Source: a virus
Taxonomy: Duplodnaviria; Caudoviricetes
Direction: 5' to 3' (one strand)
Length of the DNA stretch: 64,000 nt
Virus record (IMG/VR): IMGVR_UViG_3300032030_000030
Span: 32,001 to 96,000 of that record
Shown here: in pieces, positions 47,679 to 59,200 of the stretch
How positions within the stretch are numbered: position 1 is the first letter of the stretch
Layout: the number at the start of each line of letters is the position of its first letter
Position numbers and translations under genes: made by a program
Notes under the pieces: generated by a model
What the model was told of the DNA's origin: nothing
Databases searched by the model: none
The model's input: the letters and a program-made list of their open reading frames with translations, nothing else

Positions 47679-48947
47679 ATGGTACATTTTAATCAACTGA
47701 GCATAACACCTGATGGCAAGAGGATGGTCATTGATGTTATGGTCAGAGATACAAAGTATCTCAAAGATGTGTATCTTGATGAGTTGATTATAGACGCACA
47801 AGACACATATACAAACGGCGGTCCATCAAAAACTCCATACCTTATAAGGAAGTTCAGATGGGAAGATTCTGCCGATAAGCCGAAAAGATGTTGTGGGCTT
47901 TTGATGAAGAATGCACACGTTATCCTTGAAGATTACGTATATAAGTACACAGGCAATGAAATCAAGCCGAAGATGATGGTTGTGCTTGATGGAGAATTAT
48001 TGAGACCAGACGTTGATTATATAGCAACATATTCTGACAATGTAGAAGTAGGGGTAGGCACTATAACGATAACTGGTGCAGGTGATTTTAGCGGTGTAAG
48101 GACAAAGAAGTTCGACATTGTTGATGAGAAAAGGCTACAAAACAATGTTACTCCTGCAACACCGAATCCAGAAGAAGCTGACTGTGGTTGTGATGAATTT
48201 GTAGCTCCAGAAAACTTCAATCACGAAGATGTCAAAATAAAACACGCAAGGCTCATTATAGATTGGCAAGATATGCTTGTACCAATGTATAATTCATTGT
48301 TCTTTGTATATGTAAAGACGAAAGGAAACCCAGCACCAGATGCACCTTGCGGCGGTGATAGTATGTACACTCTTGGTGTAACCGCAAACCTTTACCCTAT
48401 CAAAAACTCTTTTATCTGTGCATTGAGAGAGATTGACAGGGATTGCAATGTTCCAAAGACATTCATAGATATGTATTTGAGATATGAAGCATTTAACGTA
48501 AATGTTAAGACTGGACATTATCAGGAAGCGATTTACATATGGAACAAATGGTTCGCAAAGATAGGCAAGCCTCGTCCACCACATACTGGAATGAAGCCTG
48601 ATATATATCCAAATCACGCATATACGTACAATGGAATACCTTGGATTCATGGCAAGCCAAGACCTATGGTAAGGGATTATCAAGGACATACCGTTACTCC
48701 GCCTAATCCGCACGTAATGCCATATGGATATTACGGATGGGCTGTTCCGTGGATATGGCATTATCACAAGCATATGCTTCCATACTATGGATTCAAGGAT
48801 GATGTAGGTTATAAGTTTAACGAAAGATACGGCGAACACGAATTTGTTGACAGACCGACAGCAGAATTGTTCGGCGGCCCATTTAATGAGCCAGTCGGGT
48901 TCTATTCGTATTTGCCACCAATAGGAGGATGTAACTGTGGGCATTAA
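47679..48947 (+). CDS. Tail hub-like protein with inserted Ig-like domain
   Basis: FNQLSITPDGK..IDAQDT, FFVYVKTKG.P.PDAPCG, GGCNC end; insert ~47940-48120. Confidence 0.65.
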   Translation: MVHFNQLSITPDGKRMVIDVMVRDTKYLKDVYLDELIIDAQDTYTNGGPSKTPYLIRKFRWEDSADKPKRCCGLLMKNAHVILEDYVYKYTGNEIKPKMMVVLDGELLRPDVDYIATYSDNVEVGVGTITITGAGDFSGVRTKKFDIVDEKRLQNNVTPATPNPEEADCGCDEFVAPENFNHEDVKIKHARLIIDWQDMLVPMYNSLFFVYVKTKGNPAPDAPCGGDSMYTLGVTANLYPIKNSFICALREIDRDCNVPKTFIDMYLRYEAFNVNVKTGHYQEAIYIWNKWFAKIGKPRPPHTGMKPDIYPNHAYTYNGIPWIHGKPRPMVRDYQGHTVTPPNPHVMPYGYYGWAVPWIWHYHKHMLPYYGFKDDVGYKFNERYGEHEFVDRPTAELFGGPFNEPVGFYSYLPPIGGCNCGH

Positions 48948-49227
48948 TGAAGTTGATGTAATAACTCAGGAATCACTTAGGAGATATTTCAACATACTAA
49001 GGAAGAAGGGCTATTACAATTACGCTGGTGTCAACAAGATAATCTTGCTTACTGCAATAAGGCATTTCCTTAACAGTGATATGGTTGTCTTGATGGACGA
49101 GTGTGATAAGAAAGTCATAGACAAAGTGTTAAACAACTTGTATTGTTCTATCTGCCCGATACCTACACCACAGTATCTTGCAGAGACGGACATAAGCGTT
49201 CTTGGTAATACTGATAGTTATATTTAG
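48937..49227 (+). CDS. Small tail hub-like protein
   Basis: SLRRYFNILRKKGY; synteny. Confidence 0.55.
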   Translation: MGINEVDVITQESLRRYFNILRKKGYYNYAGVNKIILLTAIRHFLNSDMVVLMDECDKKVIDKVLNNLYCSICPIPTPQYLAETDISVLGNTDSYI

Positions 49228-49243
49228 TATGTAAAACAATTAG

Positions 49244-49289
49244 AATCCTTGCGCGATATAAAACCTATGAATATATTTGCGCAAGGATT
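49244..49289 (+). promoter_or_regulatory. Promoter embedded in inverted repeat
   Basis: AATCCTTGCGC..TATATTTGCGCAAGGATT. Confidence 0.65.
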
Positions 49290-49304
49290 TTAAACATTAA
49301 TACG

Positions 49305-49964
49305 ATGAGTACATATAGTGAAGTAGCATCTATGGTTCTCGATGAGTTGAAAGTTAGTAGCGATGACAGTTACTTCAACGAAGACCATGTGATGTTTCTC
49401 ATAGACAAATATAGGAGTTTCCTTATACAGCAGAAATATAGGAACGAACCAGTGATACCGTCTGTGGTTTATCAGACGATATGTATTCCATTGGTTGAGA
49501 TTACAGGCACGGACTGCGATGGCGTACATTATCTTAAAAGCAAGAAGCCTTTGCCTATGATGTATGGGTTTGGAACAATACAGGTAACACCATACGATTA
49601 CTTCCAGTCTGCGCATATCGTAATCATATCAAAAGAAAGGATGCGGTTTGTCGGAGAAAACAAGTACAGCAAGAATATAATATATTGCACATTGGATTCT
49701 CAGAATTACCTTGTGTTCAAGTCTATGAACCCACAGGCGTATTACCTTGACTTCGTAAGGCTTACTGCAATATTTGACAATCCAAGAATTGCATCCGAGT
49801 TTAAATGTGACGAGATTTGCGACAGCGACAATATGCAGATTCCTATTGAAGACGCAATGATACCTCAGCTGATAGAGTTCATTGTAAAAGAACTTTCAGG
49901 AGCTGTCTACAAGAAGGAAGATGTCAATAATAACGCACAAGATGACTTAAAGACAGAAGCATAA
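49305..49964 (+). CDS. Tail ring protein
   Basis: STYSE..MVLDELK.SSDDS.F, YQTICIPL, D..NNAQD; synteny. Confidence 0.65.
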   Translation: MSTYSEVASMVLDELKVSSDDSYFNEDHVMFLIDKYRSFLIQQKYRNEPVIPSVVYQTICIPLVEITGTDCDGVHYLKSKKPLPMMYGFGTIQVTPYDYFQSAHIVIISKERMRFVGENKYSKNIIYCTLDSQNYLVFKSMNPQAYYLDFVRLTAIFDNPRIASEFKCDEICDSDNMQIPIEDAMIPQLIEFIVKELSGAVYKKEDVNNNAQDDLKTEA

Positions 49965-50461
49965 TGAAGGGAGCAGTACACAAAATAACAAACTCTTATG
50001 GGCCAGGAGACGCTTACAAGGTTGAACGGGCTAACAGATATAAGACAATTGGTCAGAAAGTTGATGTTGCAACATACTTCAAGGTCATACGAGAAGTAGA
50101 CAAGATATTCAGAAGGGAGTTGCTTAAAGGAGAAATTGTTACGTTGCCTTTAAGGATGGGCAATCTTAGACTGTGTATAATGAAGAAGGTTGTAATAAAG
50201 GACAGCCCGAATCATTGGCTTACAAACAAGTCTATTGATTGGAAGAGGACTACTGAATTATGGGAGAAGGAGCCTGACTTGAAACCAAAAGGTATTGTGG
50301 TTTATTCGGAAGGCTCTCCAATACCGAAAGTCAAATTTAGTACCAAGCGGTCGAACTATTCTAACCATACCTTTTATCAGTTCAGGATAAACAGGGATAT
50401 TCTTGCAGAGGCTCATGTGCTTGTAGAGAGTGGTACGAGCGGACTTATATATAGGAAATAA
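49964..50461 (+). CDS. IHF/HU-like protein of the tail module
   Basis: LLKGEIVTLPLRMGNL..IDWKRT.ELW..YQFRINR. Confidence 0.6.
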   Translation: MKGAVHKITNSYGPGDAYKVERANRYKTIGQKVDVATYFKVIREVDKIFRRELLKGEIVTLPLRMGNLRLCIMKKVVIKDSPNHWLTNKSIDWKRTTELWEKEPDLKPKGIVVYSEGSPIPKVKFSTKRSNYSNHTFYQFRINRDILAEAHVLVESGTSGLIYRK

Positions 50462-50462
50462 A

Positions 50463-51158
50463 ATGATTAAGGAAATTAAATACATAAAGATAAATGAGAT
50501 ACTGAGCAGAGTTACGAGGCATCCCATGCTAAAAGACACCACGCTTGAAGAGGTAATTCAGTATGTCATTGACTTTATGGGCATCTTAGGATTGCCAAAG
50601 TTTTTCGAGGATAGGGAAGCAAGGGTCAAAATAAACGAATACAGAGGAGTTCTCCCTTGTGATTATGTTTCAATCAACCAAGTGAAAGACTGGTCTACAC
50701 GGACTTGTTTGAGGCATATGAGCGATACATTCATGCCAAGCGATGAGAACTATCCGAAAGAACTTAAGTTTGAAGGTGCGTTTAAAACGCAAGGCAATGT
50801 GATATTTACAAGTTTCAAGAAAGGAGATTTGCTTGTGTCTTACAAAGCGATTCCTGTTGATGAGAACGGCTATCCTCTATTGATAGATGACAGTAATTTC
50901 CTTGATGCTCTTGAATTGTTTATAAAGCAAAAGAAATTTACGATGTTGTTTGACATGGGAAAGGTGAATGCTACCGTAATGAAGAATACGCAGCAAGAAT
51001 ATGATTGGGCTGTCGGCAGACTTCAATCCAAGTTTACCATTCCAAGCACATCGGAGATGGAGACCATAACAAGAATGTGGGGTACATTGTTTAACAACAG
51101 AACAAGATTCGACAATGGCTTCAAGGACTTTAACAGAGAATATATTAGACAGCACTGA
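50463..51158 (+). CDS. Tail tube/ring protein
   Basis: YRGVLPCD, IFTSFKKG.L.VSYKAIPVDENGYPL; precedes muzzle. Confidence 0.7.
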   Translation: MIKEIKYIKINEILSRVTRHPMLKDTTLEEVIQYVIDFMGILGLPKFFEDREARVKINEYRGVLPCDYVSINQVKDWSTRTCLRHMSDTFMPSDENYPKELKFEGAFKTQGNVIFTSFKKGDLLVSYKAIPVDENGYPLLIDDSNFLDALELFIKQKKFTMLFDMGKVNATVMKNTQQEYDWAVGRLQSKFTIPSTSEMETITRMWGTLFNNRTRFDNGFKDFNREYIRQH

Positions 51159-51160
51159 TT

Positions 51161-54100
51161 ATGTTAGCGAAACCACAAATAAAAGTTGCGAACTATGTCA
51201 TTAAAGGTATGCAAATGGACTTGGCTGCAAGTAGGTTCAGTCCTGAGTTTGCATACCGCAATATGAATATGCGCATCACACCGATAAAAGACAGCGTTAT
51301 GTCGTCGCTCACAAATGAACGTGGCAATGAGTATAGTGCTATCAGAGGCATCGGTGATGTCGAATACGAGAAAGCACTCAGGAGATGGTACAACAAAATA
51401 TCTCCATATGACATATATAAGGACTATTATTACGAAGATGAGGTTGTTGTAGAAGATGAAGGGAATACTACTACTGGCATATATTATGGCGATGATGAAG
51501 AAGGAGAGAAACCTGACGGCGAAGTAGAAGGAGACATAATCGGCATACCTATCGGGCAGGGATTGATTGACAATGAACTCACAATATTCACAACAGAAGC
51601 AGATGAGGAGATTGACTTCCCAGTCAACGAAGGTCCATATCCAGACTTCCCTATAAGCAAAAAGTATTGGCTGAATGAACTTGTCGGGCTAAAAAACAAT
51701 ACAGACCGTATATACAAAATATGGTTTAACGACAAGAAACTCAATGGCAAGTTGCTTTACAAGGGACACCTTGATTTTAATGCTACAAGTCCTATAGAAA
51801 CATTGGTATTCTATGAAAACAGTGACATAAGAAAAGTATATTGGACTGATGGTATTAATCAGCCAAGGTTCATAAATATAGCCGCTAAGGACGAAGAATT
51901 GGCAAGGTGGAACAATAAGTCGTTCGACTTCGTAAGGTCGCTCAGATTGGAAGAAAACGTGCAAATAGAGCATTTGATGGATGGCGGAGCGTTCCCTGCT
52001 GCTGCTGTTCAATATGTATGTACGTATTTCAACTTGTTTGGTGCCGAGTCAAATATCTTTTATACATCTCCTATATATTACACTACGCATAAAGACAGAG
52101 GTGCGTCGGCAGAGGAAACTACGTCAAATTCATTCAGGATAACCATCAAAAACCTTGATGTAAATTTTGACTATATAAGAATATACTCCATTGTAAGGAC
52201 AAGCGTAGACAGCGTTCCTACGGTGAAACTTGTCAGCGAGATTAGTATGCCGCTCGAAAAGATAAATGATACGTATCAGATAACGTATGTTGATACCAAT
52301 ATAGGAGGAAGCAATGTAGACCCGACAGAATTGTTTTACGTTGGAGGCGAGATAATAACTGCGTATACTATGGGGCAGAAGGACAATACATTGTTCTTCG
52401 GCAATATAAGTCAGAAGAGATTGAGCGTACCAGAAGACATCAAGGAAAAGGTGAGGGTATTTGCCATGAATGCCACACCAGAATCGAATAGATATAAATC
52501 GGGATTTACCGATGCGTATTATTCAAGACTCAGATTCTATACTAAGCCAATAAGACAGTTCACCTTTAATGGTTATACGTTCGATATTCAAGGCGAAGAT
52601 TCAGATGAATGGTTTATCATTAGTACGTCAAGACACGAATTTGACAAGATGCGTCAGAACATAAACAACGATTCTTATTTTCAAGCTGATGAAACATATA
52701 GGCTTGGATTACAATTCCAGCATTATACTGGCAAATGGTCTGATGTTATATGGATAGGTGATTATTTGAATAACATAAGTCCCAAGAAGGTTGAAGTATG
52801 GGGCCCTCAAGGAATAGATTATTATGGCGACAAGTGGTATGGGGCAGAAGCAAGGTTATCGTTTAAAAATACAAACAATGGTGACGGCTCTAAAGCATTC
52901 CTCAATTCGCTCATAGCCCTTGGGTATAGAAAGGTAAGACCTGTTGTTGTTTATCCTACGATAAATGAAAGGACAAATATAGCAGAAGGTGTATTGAATC
53001 CTACTATGTTTAACTATTCTGACAGGGCAAGCGGCAGATGTCATTCTATGGCATCTTATTTCTTCAGACCATTTATATTTGGCAGAAGAGACACGAATGC
53101 TTATGACATAAGAAAATACACACCTTTGACAATAGTTAACAACGAGTTTGATACATATATTTCTCAGTTGGCGACAAATCACGAGATACAAATCTCGTCG
53201 AACGCTGACACATTCGGCATATATGATGTTTCTGCCGATGAAGGAATTGGTAAATGTATGTATGCAATCGACAGGAATATAATCACGTTCAACTCTCCTG
53301 ATGTTGAGCTCGACAATGAACTCAGCAATATCAATTACGATGACTTAGAGTTGAAAGTGATTGGCAATGTCAACATAGATAAGACTTGTTGTGATTCTGA
53401 AGTTATAACATCAAACACCGCTGGAGCATATTGGAAACCAATCAAGGTGGGTGATACTATCGTAAGAGACACAAAGTTCCCTCCTGGTTTCTGGCATGAA
53501 AAGAAATGGTTTCGTGAAGGCAGGTGTAACCTCATGTCTTATTGTTACATAGACAACATAGAGGACTTGGTTAACAATCACGACAATAAAGGTAGCGATG
53601 ATGAGGCTTGGATATATCTTAAAAACAAATACTTTGCATATCCAATCTTTGTTTGGCAACAGACTGGTTCTTTGAACAACAGTACAAATAGAAGCGATGT
53701 CGAAATGTATTCTGTCCTCAAGCATAAGAAAATGTCGTATTATGAGCTTGGGTACACGACATTGTATGACAATGTTTCGGAACTATATCATCCGAAGGAT
53801 ATAGCATTGTGGAACTCTAATGAGAATACGATTATAAAGATTGATGACAAGATATACAAAGGTAACGAAGACAAGCTCATAATAGGTGGAGACGAATACT
53901 CAAGAACAGTCTCGGTTGTATCTGCAAGTTATTCACAGGAAGAAATAGACTGGTGGGAAGATGCTATGTCTGCACAGAATAAAGCAGTAGATGCCTATAG
54001 GAGGGCATTGGGCCAAATGATTCCATTTCCTGATAACCTAATTGTTTTAAACGATAAGAAACTTTATAAGTTAAAGGAAAAACTGTATGGTCCTGACGCT

Positions 54101-56191
54101 GAGAGTTATTTGATAGATGGAGCTTCTCTTGCAGAAGCGCAGACTTATTTTGAAGGATTACTTTACAGTATAGATACTCATCACTATATTAAAGACAAGT
54201 ATGAGTCAATAAAGAATGGTGAAAGACCGCCTCTTGTTCCGTATTTTACCGTTGATTCAAACAGATATACAACTAAAGAAGGTTTAATCTCAAGTCTTCT
54301 TGCTCCACAGGAAACAATGACTATTAAACAAATCAACGATGAGTTTAAAATGACGAACAGCGACAATGACGATTTGACCAATTCTATCTATAAGACAAAT
54401 CCGATTAGTTTGAAATTCAAGTCTACTCCACATCTTGTGATTAAACTGGAAAACGTAGAGAACTCAGGCTGGCAGAAAGCATTAGGGTATTCCAGTTCCG
54501 AAGAAACGGCGGGTGTTGCATTTGTAAATAGTGATAAGTTCCTACAGAATTACTCATACAAAACAATTCCTATTCGCAATGGTTCACTCAAGACTGGTAA
54601 GGCATATTTGCAACTTGCAAAATTAGTACGCCCAAAAGGTTCAATCAAGAATTTGTTTGGAGGTACAAATGCGTATGCACTTTCTCAAAACAAGTTTATT
54701 CCTTGTGGAGAGGCGGTTGACATATTCCAATTCAGGGTTGATTCCGACGGCAAGATTGAACGTGATAACAATGGTGAAGCATTGCTTGAGGTAAAGCCTA
54801 ATATTGAAATAGTTTGGAGGGATGGCGATGTAAGGATGATGAATTACGAGTGTTTGAAGACATATCCATTCACACTTGAAGATGAGAACAGCATTACTGA
54901 AAGACTTGTCTTTGATGTGGAAACAAGAGTTAATCTTGCTGGCAGATATGACAACAATCGTTATCTTGAAACAAACTTCGTTGCATTGCCAACTAATATG
55001 AACTTGTTGAATAGCATATACCAACAGAAAAACAATTTTTTCCAGTACAGTGTAGAAGACACAAACAAGTTCAGTGTTACGGATTTCCCTAATACTCTTA
55101 CTTGGACGAAGACGAAGATTGCAGGAGACACCATAGACAAGTGGACAAATATTACAATGGCTAACACTATGGATATTGATGGCGATAAAGGCAAAATAAC
55201 AAAGTTGTTAAACTACAACGACAAACTCTTGTCATTTCAAGATAAGGGACTGTCTCAAATACTCTACAACGAACAGATGCAGATGAGTACAACAGATGGT
55301 GTTCCTATTGAAATAGCAAACAATGGTAAGGTGTCTGGCAGAAGGTACATATCCGAAAAGATTGGTACGAGCAACAAGTGGTCTATATGTGCAACGCCAA
55401 ACAATCTTTATTTTGTTGATGACCACACAAAGAACATTTGGTGTTTTGGACAGAATGGACTTGTGAGTATATCTGATTCTCTCGGCTTCCATACTTGGAT
55501 AAACAGAGAGTCAAAGACGCTCAATCCTTGGAATCCTTCAAGGTTTGACAATATTGTTACATATTACGACCCGAAGAACAAGGATGTATTGTTCTTTACA
55601 AAGCATGAATGCCTTGCATATTCTGAGTATATCGGCCAGTTTACTTCGTTCTATTCATATGAACATTCTCCGTATTTCAGTCCTCTTGAAGACAGGGCTT
55701 TGTTCTTGAACAGTTACGATGCAGACAGCAAAGAGTACACAAAAACATATAAGGCTTGGCTACAACACGAAGGAGAATACAATATATACTTTAACGAGTA
55801 CAGACCATTCTATACTACTATTGTTGCCAATCCAGACGAAAGGCTTGACAAGGTATTCAATAACTTTGAATTTAGGGCAGATACTTGGAGGAAAACATCC
55901 GAAGAGGAAAAAGAGGAAGGATTGCCGCCTTGGGTATTGCTTGAAGATACATTTGATACATTTACTATTGTCAATGAGTATCAGAAGAAGAGGGAGCATA
56001 TGTTATATCATCAAGGTATGCCTTCAAACCTCAAAAAGAAGTTTAGAGTTTGGAGATATAACATACCAAGAGACGATAGGCATTTCCTCGACAGAATAAG
56101 AAACACTTGGGCGTATATGACGCTCGAAATGGACCAATATAATACTAACAAAACAATACTGCACGATATGGCAGTTTATTATTACGGTTAA
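51161..56191 (+). CDS. Tail stabilisation/muzzle protein (P22 gp10-like)
   Basis: GMQMDL..NM.I..LTNERGN, KVYWTDG.NQPRFIN, FTSFYSY, KKFRVWR..IPRD..RIRN.W. Confidence 0.8.
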   Translation: MLAKPQIKVANYVIKGMQMDLAASRFSPEFAYRNMNMRITPIKDSVMSSLTNERGNEYSAIRGIGDVEYEKALRRWYNKISPYDIYKDYYYEDEVVVEDEGNTTTGIYYGDDEEGEKPDGEVEGDIIGIPIGQGLIDNELTIFTTEADEEIDFPVNEGPYPDFPISKKYWLNELVGLKNNTDRIYKIWFNDKKLNGKLLYKGHLDFNATSPIETLVFYENSDIRKVYWTDGINQPRFINIAAKDEELARWNNKSFDFVRSLRLEENVQIEHLMDGGAFPAAAVQYVCTYFNLFGAESNIFYTSPIYYTTHKDRGASAEETTSNSFRITIKNLDVNFDYIRIYSIVRTSVDSVPTVKLVSEISMPLEKINDTYQITYVDTNIGGSNVDPTELFYVGGEIITAYTMGQKDNTLFFGNISQKRLSVPEDIKEKVRVFAMNATPESNRYKSGFTDAYYSRLRFYTKPIRQFTFNGYTFDIQGEDSDEWFIISTSRHEFDKMRQNINNDSYFQADETYRLGLQFQHYTGKWSDVIWIGDYLNNISPKKVEVWGPQGIDYYGDKWYGAEARLSFKNTNNGDGSKAFLNSLIALGYRKVRPVVVYPTINERTNIAEGVLNPTMFNYSDRASGRCHSMASYFFRPFIFGRRDTNAYDIRKYTPLTIVNNEFDTYISQLATNHEIQISSNADTFGIYDVSADEGIGKCMYAIDRNIITFNSPDVELDNELSNINYDDLELKVIGNVNIDKTCCDSEVITSNTAGAYWKPIKVGDTIVRDTKFPPGFWHEKKWFREGRCNLMSYCYIDNIEDLVNNHDNKGSDDEAWIYLKNKYFAYPIFVWQQTGSLNNSTNRSDVEMYSVLKHKKMSYYELGYTTLYDNVSELYHPKDIALWNSNENTIIKIDDKIYKGNEDKLIIGGDEYSRTVSVVSASYSQEEIDWWEDAMSAQNKAVDAYRRALGQMIPFPDNLIVLNDKKLYKLKEKLYGPDAESYLIDGASLAEAQTYFEGLLYSIDTHHYIKDKYESIKNGERPPLVPYFTVDSNRYTTKEGLISSLLAPQETMTIKQINDEFKMTNSDNDDLTNSIYKTNPISLKFKSTPHLVIKLENVENSGWQKALGYSSSEETAGVAFVNSDKFLQNYSYKTIPIRNGSLKTGKAYLQLAKLVRPKGSIKNLFGGTNAYALSQNKFIPCGEAVDIFQFRVDSDGKIERDNNGEALLEVKPNIEIVWRDGDVRMMNYECLKTYPFTLEDENSITERLVFDVETRVNLAGRYDNNRYLETNFVALPTNMNLLNSIYQQKNNFFQYSVEDTNKFSVTDFPNTLTWTKTKIAGDTIDKWTNITMANTMDIDGDKGKITKLLNYNDKLLSFQDKGLSQILYNEQMQMSTTDGVPIEIANNGKVSGRRYISEKIGTSNKWSICATPNNLYFVDDHTKNIWCFGQNGLVSISDSLGFHTWINRESKTLNPWNPSRFDNIVTYYDPKNKDVLFFTKHECLAYSEYIGQFTSFYSYEHSPYFSPLEDRALFLNSYDADSKEYTKTYKAWLQHEGEYNIYFNEYRPFYTTIVANPDERLDKVFNNFEFRADTWRKTSEEEKEEGLPPWVLLEDTFDTFTIVNEYQKKREHMLYHQGMPSNLKKKFRVWRYNIPRDDRHFLDRIRNTWAYMTLEMDQYNTNKTILHDMAVYYYG

Positions 56192-56202
56192 AACTTAAAG
56201 AT

Positions 56203-59200
56203 ATGGCAAAGAAGAGAACAGAACAGTCAGGCGTTAATAGCAGGCCACCTGTTGCCAGTGGTGAACTCACCAATGAACAACAAATGATTATGGCTAACAT
56301 ACAAGCCAACCCACGTTTGCTGTTTATGCCTGAATACGCACAATGGAGAGATTATTATAGACGAAATTCGCAAAATTATGTGGATAGTCTATTTAATAAT
56401 CTTCCAAAAGAAGTGCAAGACGATATATACAATAATGATAGAGCGGGATTTGGTGCTTTGTCCGATAAGGCTAAAAATGCTTATAGAGGAGATAAGGGTG
56501 CTTCTATGACCAGAGAAGGTATGAAGGAAGCTGGGAATACTATTGGCAATGTCTTTTGGGATGAGGTGGCACCATATATACCAGTATTAGGTACAGGAAA
56601 AGATTGGTATGATTTCTACCAAGACCCTACATTGGGCAATTTATCTTGGGCATTAATTGGCACTGCTGCTGATTCTGGTATAGTAAGAGGCGCAAAAAGG
56701 ATAGTCAATGGATTTAAAGGAAGACAAATTGTAGATAATATTGATAATGTGGCTGATGCAAGGAAGAGACAGTTCGCAAGTAACTTCGATTTGGGAAAGG
56801 GCGATGCTAATGTTGATTTGTCTGACTTAACAAAAAGAGGTTTAATATCAGCTGATGATGCAGCTGATTATGCAGACAGAATAAGAAAAGCTGGTAAACG
56901 AGACATACAACCTATATTAGATGAGATAAAAAGTAAAACAAGAAATGAAATAACTAAGGGTGTAGCACAAACTGTTGGAGGTTTGGGTGTAGATACTTTT
57001 ATAGCTAACGAACAACAGTTACAGAATGAGGGTCTCGAACCTTGGATAATAAACATCAGTAATCAGCCTTGGTCTAAGTATACAATAGAAGACATACCTC
57101 TTATGCTACGTGGGGAAGAGCCTGACAATATAGATTATAGCAAAACAATACGAGCGCATGGTGGTGTGATTCAACAAACAGGAAATAGCAATATGAGAAG
57201 AAGAATACAGAGTCCTGCAAACATATTTGTTGCAGGTGGTATTGCTGACCAGCTCAACTTGTTCGAGACAGGTGGACCAGGGGAATTTGGTTGGACTGGT
57301 CAGCAAATCAATAACAATATAGTTGACAGAAGTGCGATTGACAGTCCGATGACAAACTATTTGTCGTCAATCAAAACAAATCAGCCAAGTGGAAATCTTG
57401 TAACCACAACACCTGATTATGTAAAGAATACAGGGACTGCTTCGTATAGACAAAAGTCAGATTTGTCGAATTTAAACGCAGACAACCTTATTGCAGGGGC
57501 GACAGGAATAATAGGAGGAACCATAGGAAATGCAACTCTTACTTCAAAGAATCAACAGCTGAAGAATCAGTTTGCTGATGAATCATCAACTGCTACATCC
57601 CTTACGAATAACAACCAGTTTAATTATGGAGCATCGACTACAACTGGTCTTTTGAATCAAATAAAAACCAATCCTATTTCAAGGATAACACCAAACGATG
57701 CTGTTGTAAACTGGAAAGACTTAAGACCTTCAAAGGGACAACAATGGGCTAATGCAGGCAAGGCTGCTGGTTCTGGTGCAGCTATAGGTGGTATGATTGG
57801 TACGATTGGTGGTCCAGTAGGAACTGCTATTGGTGCTGGAATAGGTGCAGTTATTGGTGGCGCATCTGCGGCAATTGGTTCTCTTTTTGGCAGAAGGAAA
57901 GCAAAGAAAGAAGCAGCTGCTCGTGAGGCAGAAAGACAAAGAACCATTGCATTGCAGAATTATGCAAATACAGCCATGGCATCTCAGAATCAATATGCTA
58001 TAAACAATGCAGTTACAGCACAAGAGAATCTTGCGTCCAATATGCAGCAAGCAAACTTCCACGCATACGGTGGCCCAATTGACCCAGACGACGAAGAAGT
58101 CGAAATACCTTCTACGACAGCTGTCAATAATGTAAGACCAGACTTAGATTCTGCTTTAATGGTCAATAATAGGATTGATGAGCTGATGAGAAAGAATGCA
58201 CGTACAACAGACCAGATGACATACGACGAAGTAAAAACGAAGACTAATCAGATGTTGGATGCATACTCAGACCCAACAAGATTCAAGAATACCGACATGG
58301 CCGAATACGTTGGTGGAAACGGTCTTGGCTTTGGTGGTATGTTTGATATTACTCCGACGTCTTTCGGTCTTGCCAACCAGCAGATGAATATTTCGAGACA
58401 AAACACTATTGACAAAATAAAGATGAACGACGGTTTGAATATAAATAAATTTGATTTCGGAGGAATGGCTACTATGCCTATGAGTGCAAACCCTGACATT
58501 ACAGAAATCAACGCAGGTGGAACTCACGAACAGAATCCCAATATGGGAGTACAAGTCGGAGTAGATAGCAGAGGAGTTCCTAATCTTGTTGAAGAAGGTG
58601 AAGTTATATGGAAGAGACCTTCTAATACTCTTATGGGCAAAAATATATTTGCCAATGGAGGCCAAGGCAATACGGAGTATGTATTCTCAAACAGATGGTA
58701 TCCGACAGATGACTTGCTTGCAGAAGTTGGAATTGCAAAGAAATCGAACTCCAAAGGCAAACCGAAAGAGCCAACAAAGTCTTATGCTGACAGAGCAAAG
58801 GAGATAAACAAACAGGCAAAAGAAAGACCTAATGATGTCATAACCAAAAACACTATCAACAAAGACCTTGAAAAACTCGCAAATGCACAAGAAAAAGAGA
58901 GGGCTATGAGGGAAGCACAAGCCGCTGCTCAAGAACAGGCGGCAAGGCGTAATATGGCTATGGGGCTTGGAAGTTTGATGGGACAGGGTATGAACCCTAT
59001 GCAGAATATGATTGCACAGCGTCAACAAAACGCACCAAACGAAGACCAGTCCTTGACAGAATACAATAGAGGTGGTACACCGATGATGATGGCGTATGGT
59101 GGTCCTAAAAACTTGTTTGCATATCCGACTAACAATCCATTGATAAACAATCCGAAGTACGGATATTCAACATATGACCCGTTGTCAAATTCGAGAACAA

